DNA of 64,000 nucleotides from Corallococcus interemptor (GTDB lineage Bacteria; Myxococcota; Myxococcia; Myxococcales; Myxococcaceae): NCBI RefSeq assembly GCF_042231085.1, contig NZ_CP102579.1; one strand, 5' to 3'. Shown piece by piece: positions 55,601 to 64,000 of this stretch (position 1 is its first letter; each line of letters starts with the position of its first letter). The notes under the pieces were generated by a model. It saw only the letters and a program-made list of their open reading frames with translations, ran no database searches and was not told where the DNA came from. The position numbers and the translations under genes were made by a program.

Positions 55601-57753
55601 CGCAGAACCTGTCCTCCTCCGGTGACTGGACGCTGTCCGGCTCGCCGGCCAACCGCTACGCGCACGGCAACGACCCGGGCACGGCGGCGGAGACGACCAT
55701 CACCAGCCCCTGGCTGAAGGTGGACGACGCGGCGGACTTCATCATCAGCTACAAGTACCGCCACTCCTTCGAGTTCGACTCCAACGCCTCCTACGACGGC
55801 GCGGTGCTCGAGTTCACGGTCGACGGCATCGACTGGATCGACCCGTGGGATCTGTACCCGGTGGTGGACGCGGATCCGGGCTACGTGGACTACATCGCCG
55901 CGGGCGGCGGCAACCCGCTCGAGGACCGCGCCGCGATGGCGCGGGTGAGCACGGGCTTCCCGGCGTTCAAGACCGCGAGCATCAACTTCGGGACCTTCTT
56001 CCCCGACCTGGAGCTCAAGAACGTCCGCTTCCGCTTCCGCATCGGCGGTGACGTGGCCGTGGGCGGTTACGGCCTGGACGTGGATGACGTGACGTTCGAG
56101 GGCGCCTCGGCGGTGTTCTCCGGCCAGGCGGATCAGGCGGCCTCCACGGGCGCGTGCAACGTGCCGCCGGTGGCCAACGCGGGTCCGTCGCGCGTGGGCA
56201 CGGCGGCGGTGGCGGAGGGCACGCTCGTCAACGGCGTCCTCAACCGCGCCACCATCACCCTGAACGGCACGGGCAGCTTCGACCCGGATGCCGCCGCGGG
56301 CGAGACGCTCACCTACAACTGGACGCAGGTCGGTGGCGCCACGCCGGTCTCCCTGACCGGCGCGGACACCGCGACCCCGAGCTTCGTGGCGGACGTGGAC
56401 TACACGGACACCCTCTCCTTCCAGCTCGTCGTCACCGACGCGGCCGGCAAGGCGAGCGCCCCGAAGACGGTGGACATCCAGGTCGTCAACGTGAACCAGC
56501 CCCCGGTGGCCGCGGCCACCGCGCCGGCCACGGTGAACGAGGGTGACACCAACGTGACGCTGGACGCCTCGGGCTCCACGGACGCGGATGTGATTCACGC
56601 GAACACGCTGACGTACGCCTGGGTCCAGACGCTCCCCGCCTCGCCCAAGGTGACGCTGGCCAACGCCACCAAGGCGAAGGCGACGTTCACGGCGCCGGAA
56701 GTGACGGCGGACACGCAGTTCACCTTCACGGTCACCGTGACGGACAGCGCTGGCGCGAAGTCCACCAAGTCGGTCGCCGTGAACGTGAAGAACGTGGACC
56801 GCGAGCCGGTGGCCAACGCCGGCGCGGACTTCGACGCGGATGCCCGCTCCACGGTGACGCTGACCGGCTCCGGCTCGGACGCGGACGGCACGGCGGTGAC
56901 CTACCTGTGGGAGCAGACGGGCGGCACGCAGGTGACGCTGACGGGTGCGGACACGGCGACGGCGACCTTCACGGCGCCGGACGTCAGCGCCCCCACCGAG
57001 CTCACCTTCAAGCTCACGGTGTCCTCGGGCGGAGTGTCGGTGTCCGACCTGGTCAACGTGACGGTGCGCAAGGCCAACCGCCACCCGGTGGGCCAGGCTC
57101 CGGCCTCCGTCGACGCGGACGAGGGCAGCAACGTGGTGCTGGACGCTTCCGGCATCACGGATCCGGACGGTGACGCGCTCACCTACGTCTGGGCGCAGGT
57201 CGGCGGCCCCACGGTGCAGACCACGGGCGCGGGCACGGCGCAGTTGGCGTTCACCGCGCCGCAGGTCCAGGCCGACACGGCCGTGGCCTTCAGCCTGACG
57301 GTGACGGACGTGGACGGCGCCGCCTCGGGCCCGTACGTCTACACGGTCAACGTGAAGCAGGTGAACCAGGCGCCGGTCGCCAAGGTCCGGGTCATCTCGG
57401 GCGTGCGCGGCGGTGAGCAGGTGAAGATCGACGCCTCCACGTCCACGGATCCGGACAACGAGCCGCTGACCTACGCCTGGGAGCAGACGGGTGGCCCGTC
57501 CGTGACGCTGACCGGCGCCAACTCCGCCGAGGCCAGCTTCACCCCGCCGGCGAAGAAGACGCTGGAGAACTACACTTTCAAGGTGACGGTGAAGGACGCG
57601 GCGGGTGCCACCAGCACCGCCAACATCACGGTGAACGTGCCGAAGGCCGACGACGGCGGTGGCTGCTCCTCCACGGGCGGCTCCGCTGGCGGCATGGCGC
57701 CGCTGATGGCGCTGTTCGCGGCGATGGCGCTCGCGCGCCGTCGCAAGGCGTAG
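52606..57753 (+). CDS. secreted M36 (fungalysin-type) zinc metalloprotease with PA domain, six PKD-like repeats and MYXO-CTERM
   Basis: aggaagg RBS. Signal peptide [23 protein letters not shown]. Propeptide region. PA insert ([33 protein letters not shown]). Active site [15 protein letters not shown]...GEGWGDF (HExxH + EGWxDF, fungalysin-like). Six ~95-aa repeats with LDASGSxDPDGDxLTYxWxQTGG. The C-terminus [32 protein letters not shown]. Confidence 0.8.
   Translation: [1715 protein letters not shown]
56150..57620 (+). repeat. six tandem ~285-bp coding repeats (PKD/cadherin-like Ig modules) inside the protease gene
   Basis: The recurrent peptide pattern (NxxPVAxAGxxxxVxEGxxVTLDxSGSxDxDG..LTYxWxQxGGPxVTLTGAxxAxxTFTAPxV..TFxLTVTDxxGAxS) implies DNA-level tandem repetition. 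The exact unit boundaries were not computed. Confidence 0.5.
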
Positions 57754-57876
57754 GCCGGCGCCGCGGCTGAAGCCATGAAGTGACACGGGGGCGGTCCTCA
57801 CGAAGCGTGGGGGCCGCCCCTTCTTCATTTCCGTCAGGCGTCCGGGGACGGAGGATGCGGTAGGCTCCCGCGCCTC

Positions 57877-58272
57877 ATGGCACGCACGTTCCAGGTGGGA
57901 GACACCTTCACGCACGTCCGCCAGTGCGACCGGCTGCGGCCGGTGTATTACGCGGGCGCTTCCGGGGACTACAACCCCATCCACATCGACCCGGAGGTGG
58001 GCCGGCAGGCCGGCTTCAACGGCGTCATCCTCCAGGGGCTCTGCACGCTGGGCTGGGCGGTGGAGGCCGTGGCCGTCTTCGTGGGAGACCCGGGCCGGGT
58101 GCGCCGGGTGAAGGTGCGCTTCTCCCGGCCGGTGCTGCCGGAGGATACCGTCACCTTCCAGGGCCGCGTCACCGCCATCACGGAGGGCCGGCTCACCACG
58201 GAAGTCTCCGCCACCAACCAGCGCGGCGAGCCCGTCCTCCGGGGCGCCGTCGTCGAAACCTCGCTCGGATAG
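57877..58272 (+). CDS. MaoC-like (R-specific enoyl-CoA hydratase, hotdog fold) protein
   Basis: 131 aa with the hotdog-fold motif YAGASGDYNPIHIDPEVGRQAGFNGVILQG. Confidence 0.75.
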   Translation: MARTFQVGDTFTHVRQCDRLRPVYYAGASGDYNPIHIDPEVGRQAGFNGVILQGLCTLGWAVEAVAVFVGDPGRVRRVKVRFSRPVLPEDTVTFQGRVTAITEGRLTTEVSATNQRGEPVLRGAVVETSLG

Positions 58273-58274
58273 CC

Positions 58275-58757
58275 ATGGCCCTGGACCCCAAGTTCGTCGG
58301 CCGTGCCTACGGCCCCTTCACCTATGAGATTGGCCGGGAGAAGCTGCGCGAGTTCTCCCTCATCCTCGGCGGCTCCGTGCCCTCCGCGGGCACCTTCGGC
58401 GAGCCCCCCGCGCACGTCAGCCCCCTGCTCTACTCGCAGGAGGCGGCCCAGGCGGGCCCGTACGGCGATGTCATCGCCTTCCCCAGCTTCGCGGTGGTGT
58501 TCGCCATCCGCCCCTTCAGCGCCGCCATCGCGGATCCGGAGCTGGGCGTGGACCGCGTGCGGCTGGTGCACGGTGAGCAGGATCTGGAGTTCCTGGGCGT
58601 GATGCGCCCCGGGGACGTGCTCACCACCACGGGCCACATCTCCGAGCTGTACCGCAAGGCCGGGATGGACTTCCTCGTCGTCACCACGGAGACGCGCGAC
58701 GCGAAGGGCGAGCCCGTGGTGCGCGGCGTGTGGACGGCCGTCATCCGCTCCGCGTGA
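58275..58757 (+). CDS. MaoC-N-like/FAS1-dehydratase-like hotdog protein
   Basis: The ATG lies 2 nt after the previous stop. 160 aa. Paired N-terminal-type hotdog domain, commonly found adjacent to a MaoC dehydratase. Confidence 0.65.
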   Translation: MALDPKFVGRAYGPFTYEIGREKLREFSLILGGSVPSAGTFGEPPAHVSPLLYSQEAAQAGPYGDVIAFPSFAVVFAIRPFSAAIADPELGVDRVRLVHGEQDLEFLGVMRPGDVLTTTGHISELYRKAGMDFLVVTTETRDAKGEPVVRGVWTAVIRSA

Positions 58758-58775
58758 CGAAGCGGCCGCGCGCGG

Positions 58776-59552
58776 CTACTCGCCGGGGGCGATGATGCCC
58801 TCGTCGAGCAACTGCGCGAGGATGCGCGCGGTGTCCAGGCGCGACATGCCGGACAGCGCGAAGAGGTCATCGAAGCTCACCGCGCCGTCAATCTGCGCCA
58901 GCACGAAGCCCGCGCGGTGGTCCAGGTTGAGCCAGATGATGTCATCCGGCTGCAGCCGCACGCGCGGCATGCGGTGCAGGTCTCCCAGCCGCGCCTCCAG
59001 CATGGACACCAGGATGCGCTCGCTGCGGTCGCGCAGCGCCTCCACGCGCGGGTTCTCCGGCGCCAGCGACTGGGCCCGGCGCAGCAGCTCCACCGCGCCG
59101 GAGTGGTCATCCAGCGCCAGCAGGTCCTCCGCGCCCCGCAGCAGGCTCTCCACCTCCGAGCCCTCCGGCAGCCCGCCCACCGGCGCGAAGGTGTCCGGCA
59201 GCCCGAACTCCTGCGTGCGGTGCGCCTCCGCGATGAGGTCCAGCGCGTCGCCGCGCATGCCCGTGCCCTCGGGCAGGCTCACGGACTCGCGCAAGGGGGC
59301 CACCACCGGGCCGGGCTCGGAGGGGCCGGCCCAGGCGCCCCAGTCCGCCTCCTGATCCGGGCCCGTCAGGTTCCACCCGGTGTCCCCGCCGTGCTCCGCC
59401 AGGCCGTCCCGCCCCAGCAGCCGGCGCGCGCGAGCGTTGGCCGGGTCCAGCTCCAGGGCCCGGGCGAACAGCTTCTCCGCGCCCGCCAGGTCGCCGCTCA
59501 GCCGCAGCAGCAACCCGGCTTCGACCAGCGCCTTGGCCCGGAGCGCGTTCAT
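58776..59552 (-). CDS. TPR / DUF4388-like domain protein
   Basis: N-terminal TPR-like Ala/Leu-rich repeats. The C-terminal LNLDHRAGFVLAQIDGAVSFDDLFALSGMSRLDTARILAQLLDEGII matches the DUF4388-type motif. The same motif recurs in the 61422 gene. Confidence 0.5.
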   Translation of the reverse strand: MNALRAKALVEAGLLLRLSGDLAGAEKLFARALELDPANARARRLLGRDGLAEHGGDTGWNLTGPDQEADWGAWAGPSEPGPVVAPLRESVSLPEGTGMRGDALDLIAEAHRTQEFGLPDTFAPVGGLPEGSEVESLLRGAEDLLALDDHSGAVELLRRAQSLAPENPRVEALRDRSERILVSMLEARLGDLHRMPRVRLQPDDIIWLNLDHRAGFVLAQIDGAVSFDDLFALSGMSRLDTARILAQLLDEGIIAPGE

Positions 59553-59555
59553 CGG

Positions 59556-61403
59556 CTACCTCCCCGGCGTCCCGCGCGAGCCCGCCGAGCGCAGCAGCGG
59601 CAGGCTCTGGGACAGGGCCTCGCAGGCCCGGGTGAGCACGCCCACGTCCTCCGCGCCGCGCGCCTGCCGCGCGGAGTCCAGGGCGGCCTCCGCGCGGGCG
59701 ACGACGTCCGGCGACAGGCCTCCCGCCCCGGGCATGAGCCGCACGCGGGAGAGCGCGTCCACCAGGTCGCGCGCCAGGATGTCCAGCTCCACGCGCTTGG
59801 ACTTCAGCTCCTCCGTGTTGCGCGCCGCCACCAGCCAGTCGCGCTGCTCGTCCATGATGCGGCGCAGCTCGTCCTCCGTCAGGCCGCTGGACGCGGTGAC
59901 GGTGATGGACTGGCGCAGGCCCGTGTCACGGTCGCGCGCGGACACGGACACGATGCCCTCCGCGTTGATGTCGAACGTCACCTCGATCTCCACCTGCCCG
60001 CGCGGCGCCTCGCGCAGGCCGGTGAGGAGGAACTCGCCCAGCAGCTCGTTGTGGTGCGCGAGTTCGTGCTCGCCCTGGAGCACCATGATCTTCACCGTGC
60101 GCTGGAAGTCCTTGGAGGTGGCGAACACCTCCGTGGCGGACGTGGGCACGGTGGTGTTGCGCGGAATCAGCCGCCGCACGTAGCCGCCCGCGATGGCCAC
60201 GCCCATGCTCTGCGGCGTGACGTCCAGGAGCAGCAGCTCGCTCTCGTGGCCCACCAGCGCGTGCGCCTGGATGGCGGCGCCCAGGGCGACCACCTCCTCC
60301 GCGTGCACGCCCTTGCAGGGCTCGCGGCGGAAGTACTGGCGCACCTGCTCCACGATGCGGGGCATGCGCGACATGCCCCCCACCAGGATGACCTCCTTCA
60401 GGTCCGAGGGGCGCACCTTCGCCTCGCCCAGCACCTCCGAGGTGATGCCCACCAGGCGCTCGCCCAGGTCCGCCGTGAGCTCCTCCAGCTTCTCGCGGGT
60501 GAGCGTGGACTGCAGGTGCAGCGCGGCGCCTCCGCCCGGCGGCGTGCAGATGAAGGGCAGGTGCACCTGCGTCTCCTTCACCGAGGACAGCTCCACCTTC
60601 GCCTTCTCCGCGGCGTCCTTCAGCCGCTGCAGCGCCATGCGGTCCTTGCGCAGGTCGATGCCGTGCTCCTTGGCGAAGCCGAACACCATCCACTCGATGA
60701 TGCGGTGGTCCCAGTCCTCTCCGCCGAGGAAGGTGTCACCGCCGGTGGCCACCACGTCGAAGATGCCGTTGTTGATCTCCAGCACCGACACGTCGAAGGT
60801 GCCGCCGCCCAGGTCCAGCACGGCGATCTTCCCGTTCACCGTGCGGCCGAAGCCGTAGGCCAGCGCCGCCGCGGTGGGCTCGTTGATGATGCGCAGGACG
60901 TCCAGCCCCGCGATGCGGCCCGCGTCCTTGGTGGCCTGGCGCTGCCCGTCGTTGAAGTAGGCCGGCACGGTGATGACGGCCTGGGTGACGGGCCGGCCGA
61001 AGTGCGCCTCCGCGTCCGCCTTCAGCTCCGCCAGGATCATGGCGCTGACCTCCGGCACGGCGAGGTCGCGGCCCGCCAGCCGGATGCGCACGTCGTCGTG
61101 CGCGCCGCACACCACCTGGTACGTGAGCGCGCGCAGCGCGTCCTGCACCGGGTGCGAGGAGAACTTGCGGCCGATGAGGCGCTTGGCCGCGGACACTGTC
61201 TCCTGCGGATTGGTGATGGCCTGCCGCTTGGCGATGCCGCCCACCAGCCGCTTGCCGTTCTTCGACACCGCCACCACGGACGGCGTGAGGGGCTGGCCGG
61301 TGCGGTTCTTGATGATGATGGGCTGACCGTCCTGCACCGTGGCGACGAGGCTGTTCGTCGTCCCCAGGTCGATGCCAATCAGCGGTTCGGGCTCAGCAGC
61401 CAT
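59556..61403 (-). CDS. Hsp70-family chaperone (DnaK/HscA-like paralog)
   Basis: [22 protein letters not shown] and [11 protein letters not shown] are Hsp70 ATPase signatures. 615 aa with a shortened C-terminal lid. Confidence 0.85.
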   Translation of the reverse strand: MAAEPEPLIGIDLGTTNSLVATVQDGQPIIIKNRTGQPLTPSVVAVSKNGKRLVGGIAKRQAITNPQETVSAAKRLIGRKFSSHPVQDALRALTYQVVCGAHDDVRIRLAGRDLAVPEVSAMILAELKADAEAHFGRPVTQAVITVPAYFNDGQRQATKDAGRIAGLDVLRIINEPTAAALAYGFGRTVNGKIAVLDLGGGTFDVSVLEINNGIFDVVATGGDTFLGGEDWDHRIIEWMVFGFAKEHGIDLRKDRMALQRLKDAAEKAKVELSSVKETQVHLPFICTPPGGGAALHLQSTLTREKLEELTADLGERLVGITSEVLGEAKVRPSDLKEVILVGGMSRMPRIVEQVRQYFRREPCKGVHAEEVVALGAAIQAHALVGHESELLLLDVTPQSMGVAIAGGYVRRLIPRNTTVPTSATEVFATSKDFQRTVKIMVLQGEHELAHHNELLGEFLLTGLREAPRGQVEIEVTFDINAEGIVSVSARDRDTGLRQSITVTASSGLTEDELRRIMDEQRDWLVAARNTEELKSKRVELDILARDLVDALSRVRLMPGAGGLSPDVVARAEAALDSARQARGAEDVGVLTRACEALSQSLPLLRSAGSRGTPGR

Positions 61404-61421
61404 GGGGACGCATGCACCTCA

Positions 61422-62732
61422 TCACGTGAACGTCCAGCGCAGCTTCTTGAGGCCGGCGCGAGCGTCGGCGTTGTCGGGGTCCAGGCGCAAGACATCCTCG
61501 AAGTGGTGCTTGGCCTGCTTCTTCTGCCCCGCCACCAGGAGCAGTTGGGCCAGCAGGAGCTGGTAGTCCGCGCGCCCCGGCTTCAGCTCCACCGCGCGCT
61601 GCGCGAGCTTCAGCACCTCCTGCGGGTCCTGCGCCAGCTCCCGTCCCACGCGCGCCGCCTGGAAGGCCGCCTCCGGGTTGTCCGCGTTGAGCGACACGGC
61701 CAGCTTGTACGCGGCCTGCGCGCCCGCGAAGTCGCCGCGCATCTCCAGCTCCTGGCCCCGCTCCACCTCCGCCTGCGCGCGCGTCAGGTCGTGCTTGCGG
61801 CGCGCCTCCACCAGCAGTTGGGCGACCTCGCGGTTCTTCGGGTCCAGGCCCAGCACGTGGTTGAAGTCCTGGTAGGCCCGCTCGAAGTCCCCGCGCGCGG
61901 TGGCCGCCCTGCCCCGGGCGATGAGCTCCGTGAGCTTGTGGCTGCGCGCCATGTACGGGTGGCGCGCGAAGCGGGCCTGGCGCTCGGCGCGGCGGGCCTC
62001 CGACTCCGCGTCCTCCGGAGGCGGGGCGGCGGCGGGCGGCACCGTGGCGAACGACCCCGAGGGAGGCCGTGCACCCGGGGCGGCGGAGGGCGACACCGCC
62101 GCGAAGCCGCCGCTGGACACCGTGCGCGCGACCGGAGGCGGCGTGGAGGGGCGCGCGGCCGGAGGCGGCGTCGCGGGCGCGCGCGGCGGCTCCTGGCGGC
62201 TGAGGGCGTTGTGGGCGTCCGTGAGGCGCTTGAAGATGCGCTCCAGCCGGGCGCGGAAGCTGCCCAGGTTCTTGCCGAAGTAGCGGTCCGGGTGGAAGCG
62301 GCGGGAGGCGTTGTAATACGCCTGCTTCACCTCCTGGGGGCTGGCGCCCCGGGCCACGCCCAGCACCGCGTGGTGGTCCATCCCGTCCAGCGAGCGCTCC
62401 ATCTCGATGATGTCGCGCTTCTGGTCGGGCTCCAGGTCCACCTCCTCCGCCATGGCGGCGTCCACCGCCGGGGCGGCGGGCGCGGCGCGCTGCACCACCC
62501 GGGCGGGCACGATGGCGCCCTTGGCGCGCAGGGCCAGCAGCACGGCGATGGTGCGCGCCTCGCCCAGCGAGGAGCGGGACAGCACGGCGTCGATGCGTTC
62601 GACGCGGCCCACCAGCGCCAGCACGGAGCCCTCCTCGGGGCTGAGCTGGAGACGGGCCGGGTCCAGGTGGGGCACCGTGGCGATGTGGTCGGTCCTGCCC
62701 CCCAGGCCGACGATGGGGTTGGGCGCGCTCAA
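61422..62732 (-). CDS. J-domain protein with N-terminal DUF4388-like and C-terminal TPR repeats
   Basis: J domain DHHAVLGVARGASPQEVKQAYYNASRRFHPDR (HPD). The N-terminal LSPEEGSVLALVGRVERIDAVLSRSSLGEARTIAVLLALRAKGAIV is DUF4388-like. Four or more TPR-like repeats at the C-terminus. Confidence 0.7.
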   Translation of the reverse strand: MSAPNPIVGLGGRTDHIATVPHLDPARLQLSPEEGSVLALVGRVERIDAVLSRSSLGEARTIAVLLALRAKGAIVPARVVQRAAPAAPAVDAAMAEEVDLEPDQKRDIIEMERSLDGMDHHAVLGVARGASPQEVKQAYYNASRRFHPDRYFGKNLGSFRARLERIFKRLTDAHNALSRQEPPRAPATPPPAARPSTPPPVARTVSSGGFAAVSPSAAPGARPPSGSFATVPPAAAPPPEDAESEARRAERQARFARHPYMARSHKLTELIARGRAATARGDFERAYQDFNHVLGLDPKNREVAQLLVEARRKHDLTRAQAEVERGQELEMRGDFAGAQAAYKLAVSLNADNPEAAFQAARVGRELAQDPQEVLKLAQRAVELKPGRADYQLLLAQLLLVAGQKKQAKHHFEDVLRLDPDNADARAGLKKLRWTFT

Positions 62733-62823
62733 GGTGTCAGTTCCGCGTGCTGGCGAATCCCCAAGTGTAGGTGTCCGGGAAGCAGGGCGTCAAACCTCCC
62801 GGAACCGTGAAACCGCTCCCCTT

Positions 62824-64000
62824 CTACAGCGTGGAGAGGACACGCTGGAGGATGCCCAGCGCTTCGTCCAGTTCGTTCCGGGGGATGATGAGGGGCGGGG
62901 CGAAGCGGAGCGTGACTTCCCCGGCGGAGTTCACCAGAAGACCGGCTTCTCGCAGCTTCGCGATGACGGGGGCGACCTCCCGGTCCAGCTCCACGCCCAG
63001 CAGCAGCCCCTGCCCGCGCACCGCCTGGATGCGGCCTTGCGGCAGCGCGGCCTGGAGCGCGCGCGCGCCGGCGAGGAAGTGCTCCCCCTTGGCCTGCACG
63101 TCGGCCAGGAAGCCGGGCTCGCGCATCAGCCGCAGCACCACGTTGCCCGCGGCGGCGGACACCAGGTTGCCGCCGAAGGTGGAGCCGTGGGTGCCCGCGG
63201 AGAGGCTGCCCGCCAGCTCCTCGCGGCAGAGCATGGCGCCCATGGGCAGCCCGTTGCCCAGCGCCTTGGCGATGCTGATGGCGTCCGGCCGGATGCCGTG
63301 GTGCATGAAGCCGAAGGGCTGGCCGGTGCGGCCCATGCCCGTCTGGACCTCGTCCACGAGCAGCAGCAGGCCCTGCTCGTCGCAGAGGGCGCGCAGGCCC
63401 TGGAGGAAGCCCGGGGGCGCCATGCGCACGCCGCCCTCGCCCTGGATGGGCTCCACCAGGATGGCGGCGGTGGACGGCCCCACGGCGCGGCGCACCGCCT
63501 CCAGGTCGCCGAACGGCAGGTGCCGGAAGCCCTGGGGCAGCGGCTCGAAGCCGGCGTGGTACTTCGGCTGGCCGGTGGCGGTGACGGTGGCCAGCGTGCG
63601 GCCGTGGAAGCTCTTCTCGAAGGTGAGGATCTCGAAGCGCTCCGGCTGCCCCCGGTCCTTCATCACCTTGCGGGTCAGCTTGATGAGGGCCTCGTTGGCC
63701 TCCGCGCCGGAGTTGCAGAAGAACGCGCGCGGCAGGCCCGCCCAGTCGGTGAGCTGCGCGGCCAGGTCGATCTGCGGCTGCGAGTAGAAGACGTTGGACA
63801 CGTGCCACAGCGTGTCCAGTTGCGCCTTGGCCGCCGCGACCACCTCCGGGTGGCAGTGGCCCAGCGCGCAGACCGCGATGCCGCCGATGCAGTCCAGGTA
63901 CGCCTTGCCGTCCGCGTCCCAGACCCGCGTGCCCTGCCCGCGGACCAGGGCGATGGGTTGCTGCTTGTAGTTCTGCAGCAGGTGCTGCTTCGCCTTCTGG
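62824..64000 (-). CDS. argD: acetylornithine/class-III aminotransferase (5'-truncated at window edge)
   Basis: LWHVSNVFYSQP, PLP-Lys region LLLLVDEVQTGMGRTGQ...AISIAKALGNGLP. The reading frame continues without a stop to position 64000 (YKQQPIALVRGQG...), so the N-terminus lies outside the window. Confidence 0.85.
   Translation of the reverse strand, partial: QKAKQHLLQNYKQQPIALVRGQGTRVWDADGKAYLDCIGGIAVCALGHCHPEVVAAAKAQLDTLWHVSNVFYSQPQIDLAAQLTDWAGLPRAFFCNSGAEANEALIKLTRKVMKDRGQPERFEILTFEKSFHGRTLATVTATGQPKYHAGFEPLPQGFRHLPFGDLEAVRRAVGPSTAAILVEPIQGEGGVRMAPPGFLQGLRALCDEQGLLLLVDEVQTGMGRTGQPFGFMHHGIRPDAISIAKALGNGLPMGAMLCREELAGSLSAGTHGSTFGGNLVSAAAGNVVLRLMREPGFLADVQAKGEHFLAGARALQAALPQGRIQAVRGQGLLLGVELDREVAPVIAKLREAGLLVNSAGEVTLRFAPPLIIPRNELDEALGILQRVLSTL

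Noticed and set aside
52216-57984. 1922-aa minus-strand ORF antisense to the M36 protease gene
   Set aside because: A shadow ORF of a 70% GC coding region. Its translation is Arg/Gly/His-rich nonsense and it overlaps a gene with clear catalytic motifs on the other strand.
58917-62810. 1297-aa plus-strand ORF antisense to the Hsp70 and J-protein genes
   Set aside because: Same reasoning. The opposite strand carries unmistakable Hsp70 and J-domain signatures.
1-64000. CRISPR arrays or other short-period direct repeats
   Set aside because: No regularly spaced short repeats were seen anywhere. The only tandem repetition is the in-frame PKD module array inside the protease gene.

Overview
This is a very high-GC (~68-70%) chromosomal segment, almost certainly from a myxobacterium in the Myxococcaceae. 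Two large secreted proteins (19484-22621 and 52606-57753) end in a MYXO-CTERM-type sorting tail, which supports that placement. Coding density is high on both strands, and the six-frame track contains many long antisense 'shadow' ORFs that I do not treat as genes.

The housekeeping backbone includes fdxA-like ferredoxin, asd, acyl-CoA dehydrogenase and a tRNA-Cys(GCA). It also has the glycine-cleavage operon gcvT-gcvH-gcvP, transcribed divergently from metF, a small membrane protein and homoserine dehydrogenase. Further along are folD, a DjlA-like J protein, an Smr protein, adenosine deaminase, pyrD, engB, coaE and a truncated argD-like aminotransferase.

The accessory content is richer:
- A three-gene co-directional cluster (33459-43655) encodes two paralogous ~1,300-aa proteins with no signal peptide, a helix-rich hydrophobic core and a C-terminal dystroglycan/He_PIG-type Ig motif. 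They flank an 806-aa protein carrying a Hint (intein-like) domain. I consider this a candidate undescribed toxin/effector-like system.
- A low-GC islet (24420-25700) holds a DESG-motif gene, next to an intact IS4-family insertion sequence with ~19-bp terminal inverted repeats and a 9-bp target-site duplication.
- A giant choice-of-anchor-D repeat lipoprotein.
- An M36 (fungalysin-type) metalloprotease with a PA domain and six tandem PKD-like repeats.
- A GT4 glycosyltransferase / O-antigen ligase pair.
- An Hsp70 / J-protein / DUF4388-TPR operon.

Coordinates of internal start codons were derived by codon arithmetic from the supplied ORF track and may be off by a few nucleotides.
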